61,637 nt of DNA, filler included, from Candidatus Woesearchaeota archaeon (GCA_964342845.1; 5 parts of 5 records of this genome joined end to end with filler, not necessarily neighbours in it); one strand, 5' to 3'. Positions 28,482 to 38,417 are shown, numbered from the whole stretch's first letter. Made by a program: numbers and translations. Notes: generated by a model from the letters alone, not told the origin.

Positions 28482-29699
28482 ATGGCATTTTTTGATTTTT
28501 TGAAGAAAAAGAAAGAAATTGAGAAGATTGGTTTTGAAGATTTAGCTAGCTGGACAGAGAATTATATTAAAGAGAAGGGATTTGAGAAGAAAATTGTTTT
28601 TTTAAAGAAAGAAATTGAAAGGAAAATTAATGATATTAGAGATTCTTTAGACAGGTTAGAAAATGCTAAACTAAGGAATGAAAATATTCCAGAGAGAGCT
28701 AAACATGTTATGGAAGGAAATAGACAGAGTTATATTCAGAAAGTTAACAGATTCTTAGATGATGTTGAAATTCCTGAAGATTATTTTAAAGTTAAAGAGT
28801 TTTCTGCAAGCTTAAGTGAGAAGATAAATCTATTTAGTGAGGAAACTAAGAGAAGTTATTTTGTTTTAAAAGAATTTTTGAGAGATTCTGTTATTGAGGT
28901 TTCTGTTAAGATAAGAGATTTAGAGTCAATTAGTTTTAAATTTAGAGATGAATTAAATAATAAAGGTTTAGGAAAAATTGAAGAAATAAAAAAATTATAT
29001 AATGATTTTAAAAATTCTGAAGTTTTGATTTTGGAACTAAAGGAAGAAGAGAGGCTAAAAGAGAAAGAGTTTGAAACTGCTAAATTAGAAGAAGAGAGAA
29101 AAATTAAAAGATTAAATGATTTAAAAGAAAGTAGAGCTTCTAAAGAATATGAAGATTTAAAAGAAAAGCTGGAAAATATTAAGAAAGATTTTAATAATAA
29201 AAGAGGGGAGATTGTTAAGTGTTTTTCTGTTTTGGAAAAAAGTCTTAAGAAATATAAAAGAGGTAGTTTTGATGAAGAGTTAATAGATAAGTATCTTGAA
29301 GATCCTGTTTTAGGTTTAATTGATGATGCTGAACTTAAACTAATTGGTGTTTTAGGTAAATTGGAAAAAGGTATTTCTACATTGGGTTTGAAAGATAAAA
29401 AAGAAGAGAAAACTAGAGAAGTTATAACTAAATTAAATAAAGAGTTTTTGAGCAATAAAAGATTAGAGATTGAAAGTTTTAATGTTAAGAAAGAAGGGGT
29501 TGAAAAGAATTTGAAAAATAATTTAATTGTGTCTGATATTCTAGATCATGAGAGTTTATTAAAAAGAGCTCGAGAAAATGTTGAGGAAAAAGAAAGAGGT
29601 ATTGAAGAGGCTAAAAATAAGATTAGTAGAGTTAAACCTGAAGTGATTAAAAAAGATATTAAAGAATTATTGGATGAGTTAGATGTTGTATTAGAATAG
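28482..29699 (+). CDS. Coiled-coil hypothetical protein
   Basis: 405-aa K/E-rich ORF with heptad character. Confidence 0.75.
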   Translation: MAFFDFLKKKKEIEKIGFEDLASWTENYIKEKGFEKKIVFLKKEIERKINDIRDSLDRLENAKLRNENIPERAKHVMEGNRQSYIQKVNRFLDDVEIPEDYFKVKEFSASLSEKINLFSEETKRSYFVLKEFLRDSVIEVSVKIRDLESISFKFRDELNNKGLGKIEEIKKLYNDFKNSEVLILELKEEERLKEKEFETAKLEEERKIKRLNDLKESRASKEYEDLKEKLENIKKDFNNKRGEIVKCFSVLEKSLKKYKRGSFDEELIDKYLEDPVLGLIDDAELKLIGVLGKLEKGISTLGLKDKKEEKTREVITKLNKEFLSNKRLEIESFNVKKEGVEKNLKNNLIVSDILDHESLLKRARENVEEKERGIEEAKNKISRVKPEVIKKDIKELLDELDVVLE

Positions 29700-29748
29700 A
29701 AAAATAAAAAAAAAGATTTCTAGAAAAAAAATAAGAATGATCTTACGT

Positions 29749-29946
29749 TTACTCTATTTTTTCGATTTCTTCTGCTTTTGGGCCTCTATCGCCTTCTACA
29801 GCTTTAAAAGATACTCTATCACCTTCTTTGATTGTAATTCCTTCTTTTAGTCCACTTGTGTGTACAAAGTATTCTTTTCCGTCATCTCCAGTGATGAATC
29901 CAAAATTTTTCATTGTGTTGAAAAACCTTACTGTTCCTTCTACCAT
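29749..29946 (-). CDS. cspA: Cold-shock domain protein
   Basis: GTVRFFN..KNFGFI (RNP1), YFVHTS (RNP2), GDRGPKA; GGAGG RBS. Confidence 0.93.
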   Translation of the reverse strand: MVEGTVRFFNTMKNFGFITGDDGKEYFVHTSGLKEGITIKEGDRVSFKAVEGDRGPKAEEIEKIE

Positions 29947-29993
29947 TATAGCATAACCTCCTATGATTGATTATGTTTTGGAGATTGTGGTAG

Positions 29994-30149
29994 TTATAAA
30001 GCTTTGGTTTTTGGTAGAATCTTATAAGCTATAAAAGCTATTGCAGCAATTAATATCCAGAAAGCTAATGGGTCTAAAATGCCTGTTACGAATAGGACTA
30101 AGTTTAGTGTTAATATTATTATTAGTATAATTGAGATTATTTTTTTCAT
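29994..30149 (-). CDS. 51-aa two-TM peptide (not in the ORF track)
   Basis: MKKIISIILIIILTLNLVLFVTGILDPLAFWILIAAIAFIAYKILPKTKAL*. Confidence 0.55.
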   Translation of the reverse strand: MKKIISIILIIILTLNLVLFVTGILDPLAFWILIAAIAFIAYKILPKTKAL

Positions 30150-30276
30150 TGTGGTTTTTATGATACTTGTCTTAGTATTTAAAGATATTTTTTTAGGGTT
30201 TGAGAAAGTTGTTTAATACTACTTTTAAGTAACGAAAATAGAAAGGTTTATAAAGGGGTTTGGTGTTCTTTTTCTT

Positions 30277-30996
30277 ATGAAATCATTTAGACATTTAAAG
30301 GAAATTGCATTTAGTCCAGAAACTAAGCGTGTTAAAAATACTGAATATGGTTTGTTTGTTGATGAAAATAGTTTGGACCACATGATTACAAAACTGCAAA
30401 GACATTTAGTAATGGGTCATGATACTAGAGAAGAATTAAGAGAGGATATTAAAGAAGAATTAATGTGGAATAATAAATATTATTTTTGTGAAAATGGCTC
30501 TTGTTCAGCTGGATATCTTATACCTGGTGAGACAAGCTCTAGACTTCCGTTAAGTAAAGGAGAGTTATATCCTTGCCAAAATGTTATTCTCAAAAATGAT
30601 CCTCGATTTAATAATGAATCTCCAATTGAAATAATTGATGATAAAGGACTTTTTGCTTTATTTGACGTAAAAAGAAACGAGTATAAAGTAGAAAATCATG
30701 CTTTTGATAAGTTTGTTGAAAGATTAGATGAATCTAAAAGGATGAAAGAACAATTAGGATTTAAATTTCCTATTGATTTAAGAGATAAATTAAGTTTGTT
30801 ATACAAATTTTTTAAACCTTCTTCAGAAGTAGAAAGGGATTTTGATATTTTACGAACAATGAAATATGGTTTTGAGGAAGGAGACTACAGATCAAACGAG
30901 GGTTGGATTTTTGTAATAGCAAGAGGTAATAGGTTAAGAACTTGTTATGATGTTGGTGATATTTCTAAATATGGTTTTAGTAGAATAAAGAGATAG
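30277..30996 (+). CDS. Hypothetical protein, possible C-terminal RelE/BECR-like domain
   Basis: HAFDKFVER...WIFVIARGNRLRTCY pattern; strong promoter upstream. Confidence 0.6.
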   Translation: MKSFRHLKEIAFSPETKRVKNTEYGLFVDENSLDHMITKLQRHLVMGHDTREELREDIKEELMWNNKYYFCENGSCSAGYLIPGETSSRLPLSKGELYPCQNVILKNDPRFNNESPIEIIDDKGLFALFDVKRNEYKVENHAFDKFVERLDESKRMKEQLGFKFPIDLRDKLSLLYKFFKPSSEVERDFDILRTMKYGFEEGDYRSNEGWIFVIARGNRLRTCYDVGDISKYGFSRIKR

Positions 30997-31034
30997 AAAC
31001 GTTTTAGAGCTTAAGATTTATATATTATAAATGA

Positions 31035-31217
31035 TTAAACTTTTTTTATTTTTTTAATAAATGTTTCATTTTCTAAGTTTTCTATTTCTTCTTTTGTTAG
31101 ATATGCTCTGGATTCTGTGGGATTTAGTTGTTCTAATTCTTTGTTTAATCCATCTAACATGTAATTTATATGGTTGAGGTTTACTACTGATTCTATGATT
31201 ACTTTGTACTTTTCCAT
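31035..31217 (-). CDS. Small hypothetical protein
   Basis: 60-aa ORF with upstream TTTAAATA. Confidence 0.5.
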   Translation of the reverse strand: MEKYKVIIESVVNLNHINYMLDGLNKELEQLNPTESRAYLTKEEIENLENETFIKKIKKV

Positions 31218-31292
31218 AAGGTTTTTTGGGTTTTTAAAGAGTATTTAAATGTTAGGGCTTAGATTTAAATAAGAGAATAGAATCCTTTATTT

Positions 31293-31850
31293 ATGAATCT
31301 AGAACAGACTTTAATGGAAAACGGTTTTCTTAGAAAAGAGAATGGTAAGAAGATTTTAGTAAATAAAGAAAAAGCTCGTGATATTTATTTTGAATATGTT
31401 AATAATACTGGTTTTTTGAATAGGTGGGTTATTAAAGGATATAATTTTTTAAAAGATAAAACTGAAGGACGTTGTTTTTTTGATTATGGTATTGACCCTT
31501 TTTTTAAAATTTATCTTGGTGGCTCTATGACTAGAAGAGATCAAGAGGCTTTTGCTTTAATTTCTGAGAAAGAACCTTGGAAGTTGACTGTTTATAATTC
31601 TTTGTTGACTATATGTCTTTCCTTTCAATTTGGAGTTTATATAAAGGCTGTTGATGTTGTTTCTAATTGTTTTGATTCTGATATTAATTCCTTTAAAGCT
31701 GGTGCCTGGATTGCTGGAGGATTAGCTGTTGTAAATGCTGGCAGAATGGGTTTAGCTTATTCTAAGAAAAGGGCTTATGGGGCAGCTAGTTTGAAAGGTG
31801 TTATTGGGAATTTGCCAACTTATGTTAAAATAAGTAGAGAGAAGTTTTAG
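31293..31850 (+). CDS. Hypothetical membrane protein
   Basis: 185-aa ORF with two hydrophobic segments. Confidence 0.6.
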   Translation: MNLEQTLMENGFLRKENGKKILVNKEKARDIYFEYVNNTGFLNRWVIKGYNFLKDKTEGRCFFDYGIDPFFKIYLGGSMTRRDQEAFALISEKEPWKLTVYNSLLTICLSFQFGVYIKAVDVVSNCFDSDINSFKAGAWIAGGLAVVNAGRMGLAYSKKRAYGAASLKGVIGNLPTYVKISREKF

Positions 31851-31885
31851 AAAGATATTTAAAGTTGTAGTACTTCTACTTTTTT

Positions 31886-32113
31886 ATGATTGAATATGAA
31901 GTAATATGGCACGATTGCCAAGACGATAGGACTGGAAATCCTTTTAAAGTAAAAGCTTCTAATCCTGTAGATGCTTATTCTATGGCAGAAGAAAAAATTA
32001 AAGGATATTCAACTTATTTACGGGACCACTTTTCCCCCATAGATATAGAATGTTTAGTTGATGGGGAAGGAAATTATCATCGTCCAGATATATTTTTAGA
32101 AAAAGATAACTAA
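31886..32113 (+). CDS. Small hypothetical protein
   Basis: 75-aa ORF with a TATA-like element upstream. Confidence 0.5.
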   Translation: MIEYEVIWHDCQDDRTGNPFKVKASNPVDAYSMAEEKIKGYSTYLRDHFSPIDIECLVDGEGNYHRPDIFLEKDN

Positions 32114-32583
32114 GCTAAAGTTGCTATCCAACCACCTAAGATGTGAGTTACTGATATAACTAAGATTGTTATGATTAAGTGTTCTATAATTACCTTGTAG
32201 GGTTTTATTTTTTGTTGTTTTGCTAAGTAATAGCTGAAGAGAGTTATTAGAGATAATCCCCACAAAATACTTACTATAATTGCTGTTTGAAGTTCTAAGA
32301 GTAATATTGGAATTAAGAATGATAGTGCGAATATAAATTTTGATAGAAATGTGCTTATTGTTGATTCCCATATTGTTTTTGCTTTGTGTTTTAGTTCTGC
32401 TTCTTCAGAAATATGTACTGAAAAAGAATCTGATAAAGCATCTGCTACTGCAATTATTAGTATTCCACCTAAAATAACTGTTTGTGAGTGTGTGGTAGAG
32501 TTTAAACCAACTATGATACCTAATGTTGTTATGATTGCTGAAGTTAATCCAAAACTAAATCCTTTTTTTATTGAAGTTTTCAT
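32110..32583 (-). CDS. VIT1/CCC1-like membrane protein
   Basis: FGLTSAIITTLGII...AVADALSD...HISEEAE, five TM helices. Confidence 0.8.
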   Translation of the reverse strand: MKTSIKKGFSFGLTSAIITTLGIIVGLNSTTHSQTVILGGILIIAVADALSDSFSVHISEEAELKHKAKTIWESTISTFLSKFIFALSFLIPILLLELQTAIIVSILWGLSLITLFSYYLAKQQKIKPYKVIIEHLIITILVISVTHILGGWIATLA

Positions 32584-32754
32584 TTAGTGTATTTTTATTT
32601 AGTTTTATTTAAATGTTTTTATAATTTTTTTAATTTGGTTATTTTTGAAACTAATCTATGAATGTAAGATTTAATTGGTTTAGGTAATAACTATTAACAA
32701 CTAGATAATAGTAAAAATAGAAAGGTTTAAAAAGAGGTATTTTCTCTTATTTTT

Positions 32755-34029
32755 ATGGCAATTATTAATGGAAAGTATAAAGAGTATAAGTTAGAAAATG
32801 GTTTAGTTGTAGCATTGCAAAATACACCTACGCAAACTGTTGCTGCTAAATTAAGAATTAATTTTGGTTCTTCACATGAAAAAGAAGGTGAAGAAGGTTT
32901 AGCACATTATTTAGAACATTGTTTAGTTACAGGCGGAAGTAAAAAATATGATCCTAATCTAGCTGATGAAATTAGATGTTCATTTGGATATTTTAATGCA
33001 GCTACAAATATTGGTAGAACTTTTTTTATTGGTCAAATGCTATCTGAAGACTTAGTATCTTGGATGGATTACGTATCTGACCATGTATTAAGACCTAGAT
33101 TTGATTTAGAAAGGATTAATGGTGAGCGTGGAAGAGTTTTAAGAGAAATTTCTGATGAAAAAAGCAGCCCTATGTATCAAGGAGGATTATTATTTGATAA
33201 ATTGTTTTACAGAGGCCATCCAAAAGAGGGAAATAACATAGGAAAAGAAGATGTTGTAAGTAATGCTAGTCAAGAGGTGATGAGTAAGTTTCATAGTGTT
33301 GGTTATCATCCAAATAATATGGATTTGATAATTGTTGGTGGATTGCCTGGAAATGTTGAAGACATAGTTAAGAATTATTTTGGAGAGGCATCAAGTGGAA
33401 GAAACACAAGAATAATTTTTCCTGAGCTTGGACCATTAACTAGTAAAGATGTTTTGAGAATACATGCACCAGAAATGTTGAATAGAGATAGCCCCGATGA
33501 GAGTTCTGCACATGTTTTTTTATACTTTTCTGGCCCTGCTAATGGAGATGAAGACGAGTATGCAACAAAAATTATGAATCACGTACTTGGTGGGGATACT
33601 AACTCATTTTTATTCCAAAATGTTGGGTTAAAAAAAGGATTGGCATATCGTACAGGAAGTACATCTAACGGTGATTACAATTGTGGAGAGATAGGAATAC
33701 AAGCAACAGTTCATTCTAGAAAGATTGATGAGTCAATTGAAACAATTTTTGAAGAGATTGATAGAATGAAAACACAAAAATTAACTGATGAAAGAATAAA
33801 TAGAGTAAAAAAGATGATTAAGTATAGTTTTGCCAAAACGTTTGAGTCTAATGATGGACATATTTCTGCTATTGAAGCAAAATTAGATGAAGGATTAGTG
33901 CCTAGTGAAATCATAGCACATTATAATGAAGTTACACCAGAAAGCGTTATGGAAGCTGCAAACAAATATTTGCCAGATAAAGAAGACGGAAAGTATGTTC
34001 TTTATATTAGAAGTCCTTTTGAGGAATAA
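32755..34029 (+). CDS. M16 family (insulinase/pitrilysin) zinc peptidase
   Basis: GLAHYLEH (HxxEH), NAAT, KKGLAY. Confidence 0.92.
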   Translation: MAIINGKYKEYKLENGLVVALQNTPTQTVAAKLRINFGSSHEKEGEEGLAHYLEHCLVTGGSKKYDPNLADEIRCSFGYFNAATNIGRTFFIGQMLSEDLVSWMDYVSDHVLRPRFDLERINGERGRVLREISDEKSSPMYQGGLLFDKLFYRGHPKEGNNIGKEDVVSNASQEVMSKFHSVGYHPNNMDLIIVGGLPGNVEDIVKNYFGEASSGRNTRIIFPELGPLTSKDVLRIHAPEMLNRDSPDESSAHVFLYFSGPANGDEDEYATKIMNHVLGGDTNSFLFQNVGLKKGLAYRTGSTSNGDYNCGEIGIQATVHSRKIDESIETIFEEIDRMKTQKLTDERINRVKKMIKYSFAKTFESNDGHISAIEAKLDEGLVPSEIIAHYNEVTPESVMEAANKYLPDKEDGKYVLYIRSPFEE

Positions 34030-34098
34030 CTAATCACATTTGAACATATATGTAGAAAAAACAACAAGTCTTTTAAACCCTAAAACTAAATTTATTTT

Positions 34099-34346
34099 AT
34101 GTTAAGGGAAAAGGCTAAAAAATTAGAAAGAGAATTTAAAAAAAATATAACTACTGCTATTTTAGCTGCTTTTGCTTTTATTATAGCTTTAGTTTGGAGA
34201 GATGCTATTCAAGAAACAGTAGATAAGATAATAAGTCTGTTGAATTTAACTGAGTCTTATACCTCTATAAGATTATTGTGGCTTTATTAGTAACTATTAT
34301 TTGTGTTATGGGTATTTTAGTCTTTAGTAGATATAGTAAAGAGTAA
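34099..34346 (+). pseudogene. DUF5654-like membrane protein with an apparent frameshift near 34260 (pseudogene or sequencing error)
   Basis: AAFAFIIALVWRDAI...; the second TM helix YLYKIIVALLVTIICVMGILVFSRYSKE* is in a shifted frame. Confidence 0.6.
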
Positions 34347-34395
34347 ACTTTTTAAATTGGAAATGTTTTTAAAATCTAAAAGGAGGTGAATTGAT

Positions 34396-34590
34396 ATGGT
34401 TAAAAAGAAAAAAGAAGTAGCTTGTGAGCATCCTTGTTGTAGTAAAGGTGCCATGACAGTAAAAGCTGTAGTTGCTATTTTACTTGGTTTAGTGTTATGG
34501 TTTGGATATCTAGAATTATCCCAGGTTTTTGCTTTGGTTTTAGTGTTGGTGGGTCTTAAACTTTTATTCTACCACTGCTGCAAAAAATAA
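34396..34590 (+). CDS. Small Cys-containing membrane protein
   Basis: GGAGGTGA RBS, two TM helices. Confidence 0.7.
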   Translation: MVKKKKEVACEHPCCSKGAMTVKAVVAILLGLVLWFGYLELSQVFALVLVLVGLKLLFYHCCKK

Positions 34591-34652
34591 AATTCTTTTA
34601 CTTTTTCTTTAAAATAGTTACCTTTTTATACTCGAACACTTTATCTTAGAAC

Positions 34653-34799
34653 ATGGTAAAAGGTTATTGTATGAAATGTAAGGATAAATGTGAAATGAAA
34701 GATGCTGTGGCTGATAAAATGGCTAATGGCAGAGATTGTGTTAAAGGAAAATGTTCTGTTTGTGGTACCAGCATGTTTAAGATTGGTAAAATGGAATAA
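34653..34799 (+). CDS. 48-aa zinc-ribbon protein, DUF5679-like (not in the ORF track)
   Basis: MVKGYCMKCKDKCEMKDAVADKMANGRDCVKGKCSVCGTSMFKIGKME*. Confidence 0.8.
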   Translation: MVKGYCMKCKDKCEMKDAVADKMANGRDCVKGKCSVCGTSMFKIGKME

Positions 34800-34838
34800 T
34801 AGAAAGTCTTTTATATTCGTATTTCCAAAAATACATTT

Positions 34839-35048
34839 ATGGCATTGGAATCAATTATTTGGTATTTGTTTCTTATAGATAGTTTAGGTGCAGTTATATT
34901 ATCTTTTTGCTGTGCTGGATGGTATAAGAAAAACTACAAAGGGATTTACAAACATTTCCCTGCGACTAAAGGCTGGTGTTTAGCTTATTTTGTCTTAGTG
35001 TTGTGGGTAGGATCTGCTTTGTATAGGCTAGGTATGTTACCTTATTAA
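34839..35048 (+). CDS. Small membrane protein
   Basis: Two hydrophobic helices. Confidence 0.65.
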   Translation: MALESIIWYLFLIDSLGAVILSFCCAGWYKKNYKGIYKHFPATKGWCLAYFVLVLWVGSALYRLGMLPY

Positions 35049-35072
35049 AAATACTAAAAAGGAGGTGAAAAA

Positions 35073-35465
35073 ATGAATGCATTAGAAATAATTGCGTTAA
35101 TCTTTGCAATTTCAGTTATAGTTAAGTTATTTATGTTTTTGTTTGCTAGGGATTATATGAAGAAATGGATGGACTGTTTTGTTGAAAGAACTGATTTGTT
35201 GATGGTTCTATATGCTGTGATGGTTGTGATTGTAGGTTATTTTGTGTTGTTTAATGAAGCTACAAGGATGACAGTTATACAGGTTGTATCTGCTTCTACT
35301 TTTGCTCTAGGCGTGATTGGTTTGACTTTGATATCAGCTAGCAAGAGCGGACTTAAGAAAATGGGTAAAGATATGATGTCTAAACCAGGATTGCAAAAAA
35401 CAGCAGTAGGATGGATAATCTGGGTTGGATTAGCTCTTTGGGTTTTATATGTTTTATTTCTTTAA
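35073..35465 (+). CDS. Membrane protein (four TM helices)
   Basis: GGAGGTGA RBS, hydrophobic profile. Confidence 0.75.
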   Translation: MNALEIIALIFAISVIVKLFMFLFARDYMKKWMDCFVERTDLLMVLYAVMVVIVGYFVLFNEATRMTVIQVVSASTFALGVIGLTLISASKSGLKKMGKDMMSKPGLQKTAVGWIIWVGLALWVLYVLFL

Positions 35466-35583
35466 AAATTTCTTTTATTTTTTTTGAAAAGCTTTAAATA
35501 TAGCTTATTTGTTGAGATTTGGCATGAATAAAAACACATATTTTTATTATTTATTCTTATTTTATAAGGACGGTGGAGTTGAT

Positions 35584-35838
35584 ATGATAGATAGGAGTTC
35601 TATAGCTTATGTTAAAGGCGATGTTTATAAAAGAAAAGGTTTGGAGAACGTTGAAGAGTTATTAGAGATATTAACAAGTGGAGCAGAACTTGAGATTATG
35701 GATGGGAACAGTTATCCTGAGGATGTGTGTAAAAAAATATCTGGAGAGGATATTAGAACAGCAAAAGGGATATATTTTAAATTAAGCCATTCTTTTGATC
35801 CTGTTGAAGAGCTTGTGAGTTTGGATGAATTTCTTTGA
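35584..35838 (+). CDS. Hypothetical protein
   Basis: GGAG RBS before ATG 35584. Confidence 0.5.
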   Translation: MIDRSSIAYVKGDVYKRKGLENVEELLEILTSGAELEIMDGNSYPEDVCKKISGEDIRTAKGIYFKLSHSFDPVEELVSLDEFL

Positions 35839-36069
35839 AGGTGTCTAAATCTATGGGTTTTCTTAGTTCTTTTGTATTATTTTGTTGTAATAGTTTGAAT
35901 TTGTTTTCTAGTTGTTTGTGGATTTTTAGTATTTTCTTCATTGATTATTTTTGGATGTATTCAAAGGTTATCATTTTATTTGGGGTAGTTTATTTAGAGT
36001 ATAAATGTTTCTAATTTTTATTTTATACCATCTTTAGATATCTTTCTATGGGTTAATTAGAGCTTCCAT

Positions 36070-37113
36070 TTACTTCCTTTTTATAATTAGAATTTTTGGG
36101 TTTAATCCTCCGTAATTTATTCTGAATTCTTTTTCTATGTTTAAGTTATATTTAAAGGCCATGTTTTTAATCTTTCTTATATTTGTACTTAGAAAAATTA
36201 TCTTTCCTTCATGGTGAAGGATTCTAGAACATTCTTTAAATAATCTATCATATAAATCTATGTTTAGTTTAGCAGAACCAACCCTTTTTCCAAAAGGAAG
36301 ATTGGAAATAATTATGTTAACACTCTTTTCTTTAAATCTGGTATCAGTTCCGTCCCCTTCTATGAACTCTACTTTTCTACTAACGTTTGCTTTTTTAGCA
36401 TTAATTTTTGCTCCTTTGATAAATTTTGATGAGATATCGTATCCTACAATTCTTTTTGCGTTTATTGGGTAAAGCGCCCTCTCTATCAAGATTGTGCCCG
36501 AACCACACATAGGATCTAAAACTGTTTGGTCTTGTTTGGGTTTTGAAAGTAAAACAAGCCCATAAGCAATATTAGAATTTAATAATGCAGGATGAAAAAA
36601 ATCTAAGTATTTTCTATCTCTCAAGGTAGTCTTTGTGATTTTTCCAGCTACAATACATTTGTTGTCATTAACTTCTATATAAATTTCATAGTCATAATTC
36701 TTCAAATCGTATATCGGTTTATATTTAGAATAAATTTCTTCTGCTACGGCCTTCTCTATTTCCGGTGAAGTAAATGGTTGTTTTTTACCTATTCTTTTTG
36801 CTGATATTCTATAAGTTTTTTTTCTTTTTTTATCAATATAACTAAAAAGCTTTAAGAAATCCGTTTTATTAATATTTTTTAATATTTTTTCGAATGCGTC
36901 TTGCTTTATCCCTACGTCTTTTTTAGATAAAAGTAAGTAGATATGGCTTACTGAGCGTAATTTTAAAATTTCGTTTAATTTTTTATTTGATTCGAAGAAT
37001 ACCTTTCCTTGTTTAAAAGTTATATCCGAATCTACTATTTTACAATTTTGATTCTTTAAATCTTCTTTAACTATTTCTTCCATTCCTTGTATGCATGTAG
37101 CAAAAAACTTCAT
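36070..37113 (-). CDS. THUMP-domain RNA m2G methyltransferase (Trm14/TrmN/RlmL-like)
   Basis: FFATCIQGMEEIV, LDPMCGSGTILIE, SNLPFG. Confidence 0.88.
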   Translation of the reverse strand: MKFFATCIQGMEEIVKEDLKNQNCKIVDSDITFKQGKVFFESNKKLNEILKLRSVSHIYLLLSKKDVGIKQDAFEKILKNINKTDFLKLFSYIDKKRKKTYRISAKRIGKKQPFTSPEIEKAVAEEIYSKYKPIYDLKNYDYEIYIEVNDNKCIVAGKITKTTLRDRKYLDFFHPALLNSNIAYGLVLLSKPKQDQTVLDPMCGSGTILIERALYPINAKRIVGYDISSKFIKGAKINAKKANVSRKVEFIEGDGTDTRFKEKSVNIIISNLPFGKRVGSAKLNIDLYDRLFKECSRILHHEGKIIFLSTNIRKIKNMAFKYNLNIEKEFRINYGGLNPKILIIKRK

Positions 37114-37114
37114 T

Positions 37115-37618
37115 TTAACTTTTTAATATCTTTATTGCTTTACTAACTCCTTCTTTAGCAGATTTTACAAATATAATTTTTGTTTTCTTTTTTTCGTCTA
37201 AATTAAAGTATTTTAATTTATCCGACCATCCTCCTGTCCCCTTAATGAGTATTACAGATTTTTTATACATATCTCCTAATGCAATTTCAGATAATGTTCC
37301 AGAACCTCCTGCTATTCCTATTAAAACATCTGCAGAATGGACTATGATATTATTCCTTATACCATAACTCATTCCTGTTTTGATTTTAATATCAACAAAT
37401 TTATTCGCTAATTTCTCATCATAAAACGGGAGGATTCCCACAGTTATACCCCCTCCTTTTTTGGCTCCTTCACAGGCATATTTCATTATGCCATTACAAC
37501 CTCCGGTAATCACAATTATTCCATTTTTAGCAAGATCGTAGCCAACTTCAAAAGCAATCTTTTTAGCCTTCTCACTTAAATGAGTTTCTGTTCCTCCTCC
37601 TATGATTCCGATTTGCAT
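37115..37618 (-). CDS. TIGR00725/LOG-like Rossmann-fold protein
   Basis: ITGGCNGIM...GGITVGILP, RNNIIVHSAD, GGSGTLSEI. Confidence 0.85.
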   Translation of the reverse strand: MQIGIIGGGTETHLSEKAKKIAFEVGYDLAKNGIIVITGGCNGIMKYACEGAKKGGGITVGILPFYDEKLANKFVDIKIKTGMSYGIRNNIIVHSADVLIGIAGGSGTLSEIALGDMYKKSVILIKGTGGWSDKLKYFNLDEKKKTKIIFVKSAKEGVSKAIKILKS

Positions 37619-37619
37619 T

Positions 37620-37862
37620 TTACATATAACAGCTTAATAAACAATCACTACATTTTTTTTCTTTTAATACTTTTCTAAATGATTTTATTCTTTCTGATTC
37701 CCAAATTTCACTAAATTTCTTTTCGTTAATATTCCCGAAATTGTAGTTTGATTTTCCCCAAAGAATAATAGCTAATAATTCATCTGTGCCTAAAGTTTCA
37801 ACCCCTTTTTCTTTTAGTTTACCTGCAGGTCTTGTGTACCAAGGCATATCTGTTATTCTCAT
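37620..37862 (-). pseudogene. Chimeric remnant: RadC N-terminus fused to the SPASM tail of a radical SAM protein
   Basis: MRITDMPWYTRP..KLKEKGVETLGTDELLAIIL (RadC-like) joined to FGNINEKKFSEIWES...CSDCLLSC (SPASM-like). Confidence 0.7.
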
Positions 37863-37930
37863 ATAAGGAATTTTAAGATAAAGAAGTTTTTAAAAATTTG
37901 TATATTAAAGAAATTAATTATAAAAAAACA

Positions 37931-38332
37931 TTAAAATTGAAAACCACATAATCTATCTTTAAGTGTATCTAAATCTATTTTTTGTGTAAGATTTGTATAA
38001 ACCTCATCACAACCCTTACATTCCTTCCTAAGGTTTATAGCAAGGCTAGTTAAATACCTTTTCTCACGTTCTGTTATTAAAGTACGAGGATACACTTTAA
38101 TTACTAAATCTCTTCTTTTATCTGCCATTTCATTTGTTACTTCTACACCCAAACTTAACCAAGCCCTAGGGTTAAGGTTTTCATCACGAACATCTCCAGC
38201 CCATAAGTAATTTCTATCAGAAAAAACTTCACTACCTTCAAATCGAGGTTCAAATTTATATTCTTCTACTAAAAGATTATTTAGTGTATCTAAATTAAAT
38301 TTATTAATCCTTTTTAATTCTATAGACCTCAT
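37931..38332 (-). CDS. Hypothetical protein
   Basis: ORF track; likely ATG at 38332. Confidence 0.55.
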   Translation of the reverse strand: MRSIELKRINKFNLDTLNNLLVEEYKFEPRFEGSEVFSDRNYLWAGDVRDENLNPRAWLSLGVEVTNEMADKRRDLVIKVYPRTLITEREKRYLTSLAINLRKECKGCDEVYTNLTQKIDLDTLKDRLCGFQF

Positions 38333-38417
38333 AAAAAGAGGAAATAAGGATAATATATAAAATTTTTGATTTCCAAAAACCAAAAACTATATAAACTCAA
38401 GTTAACATCAATTAACT

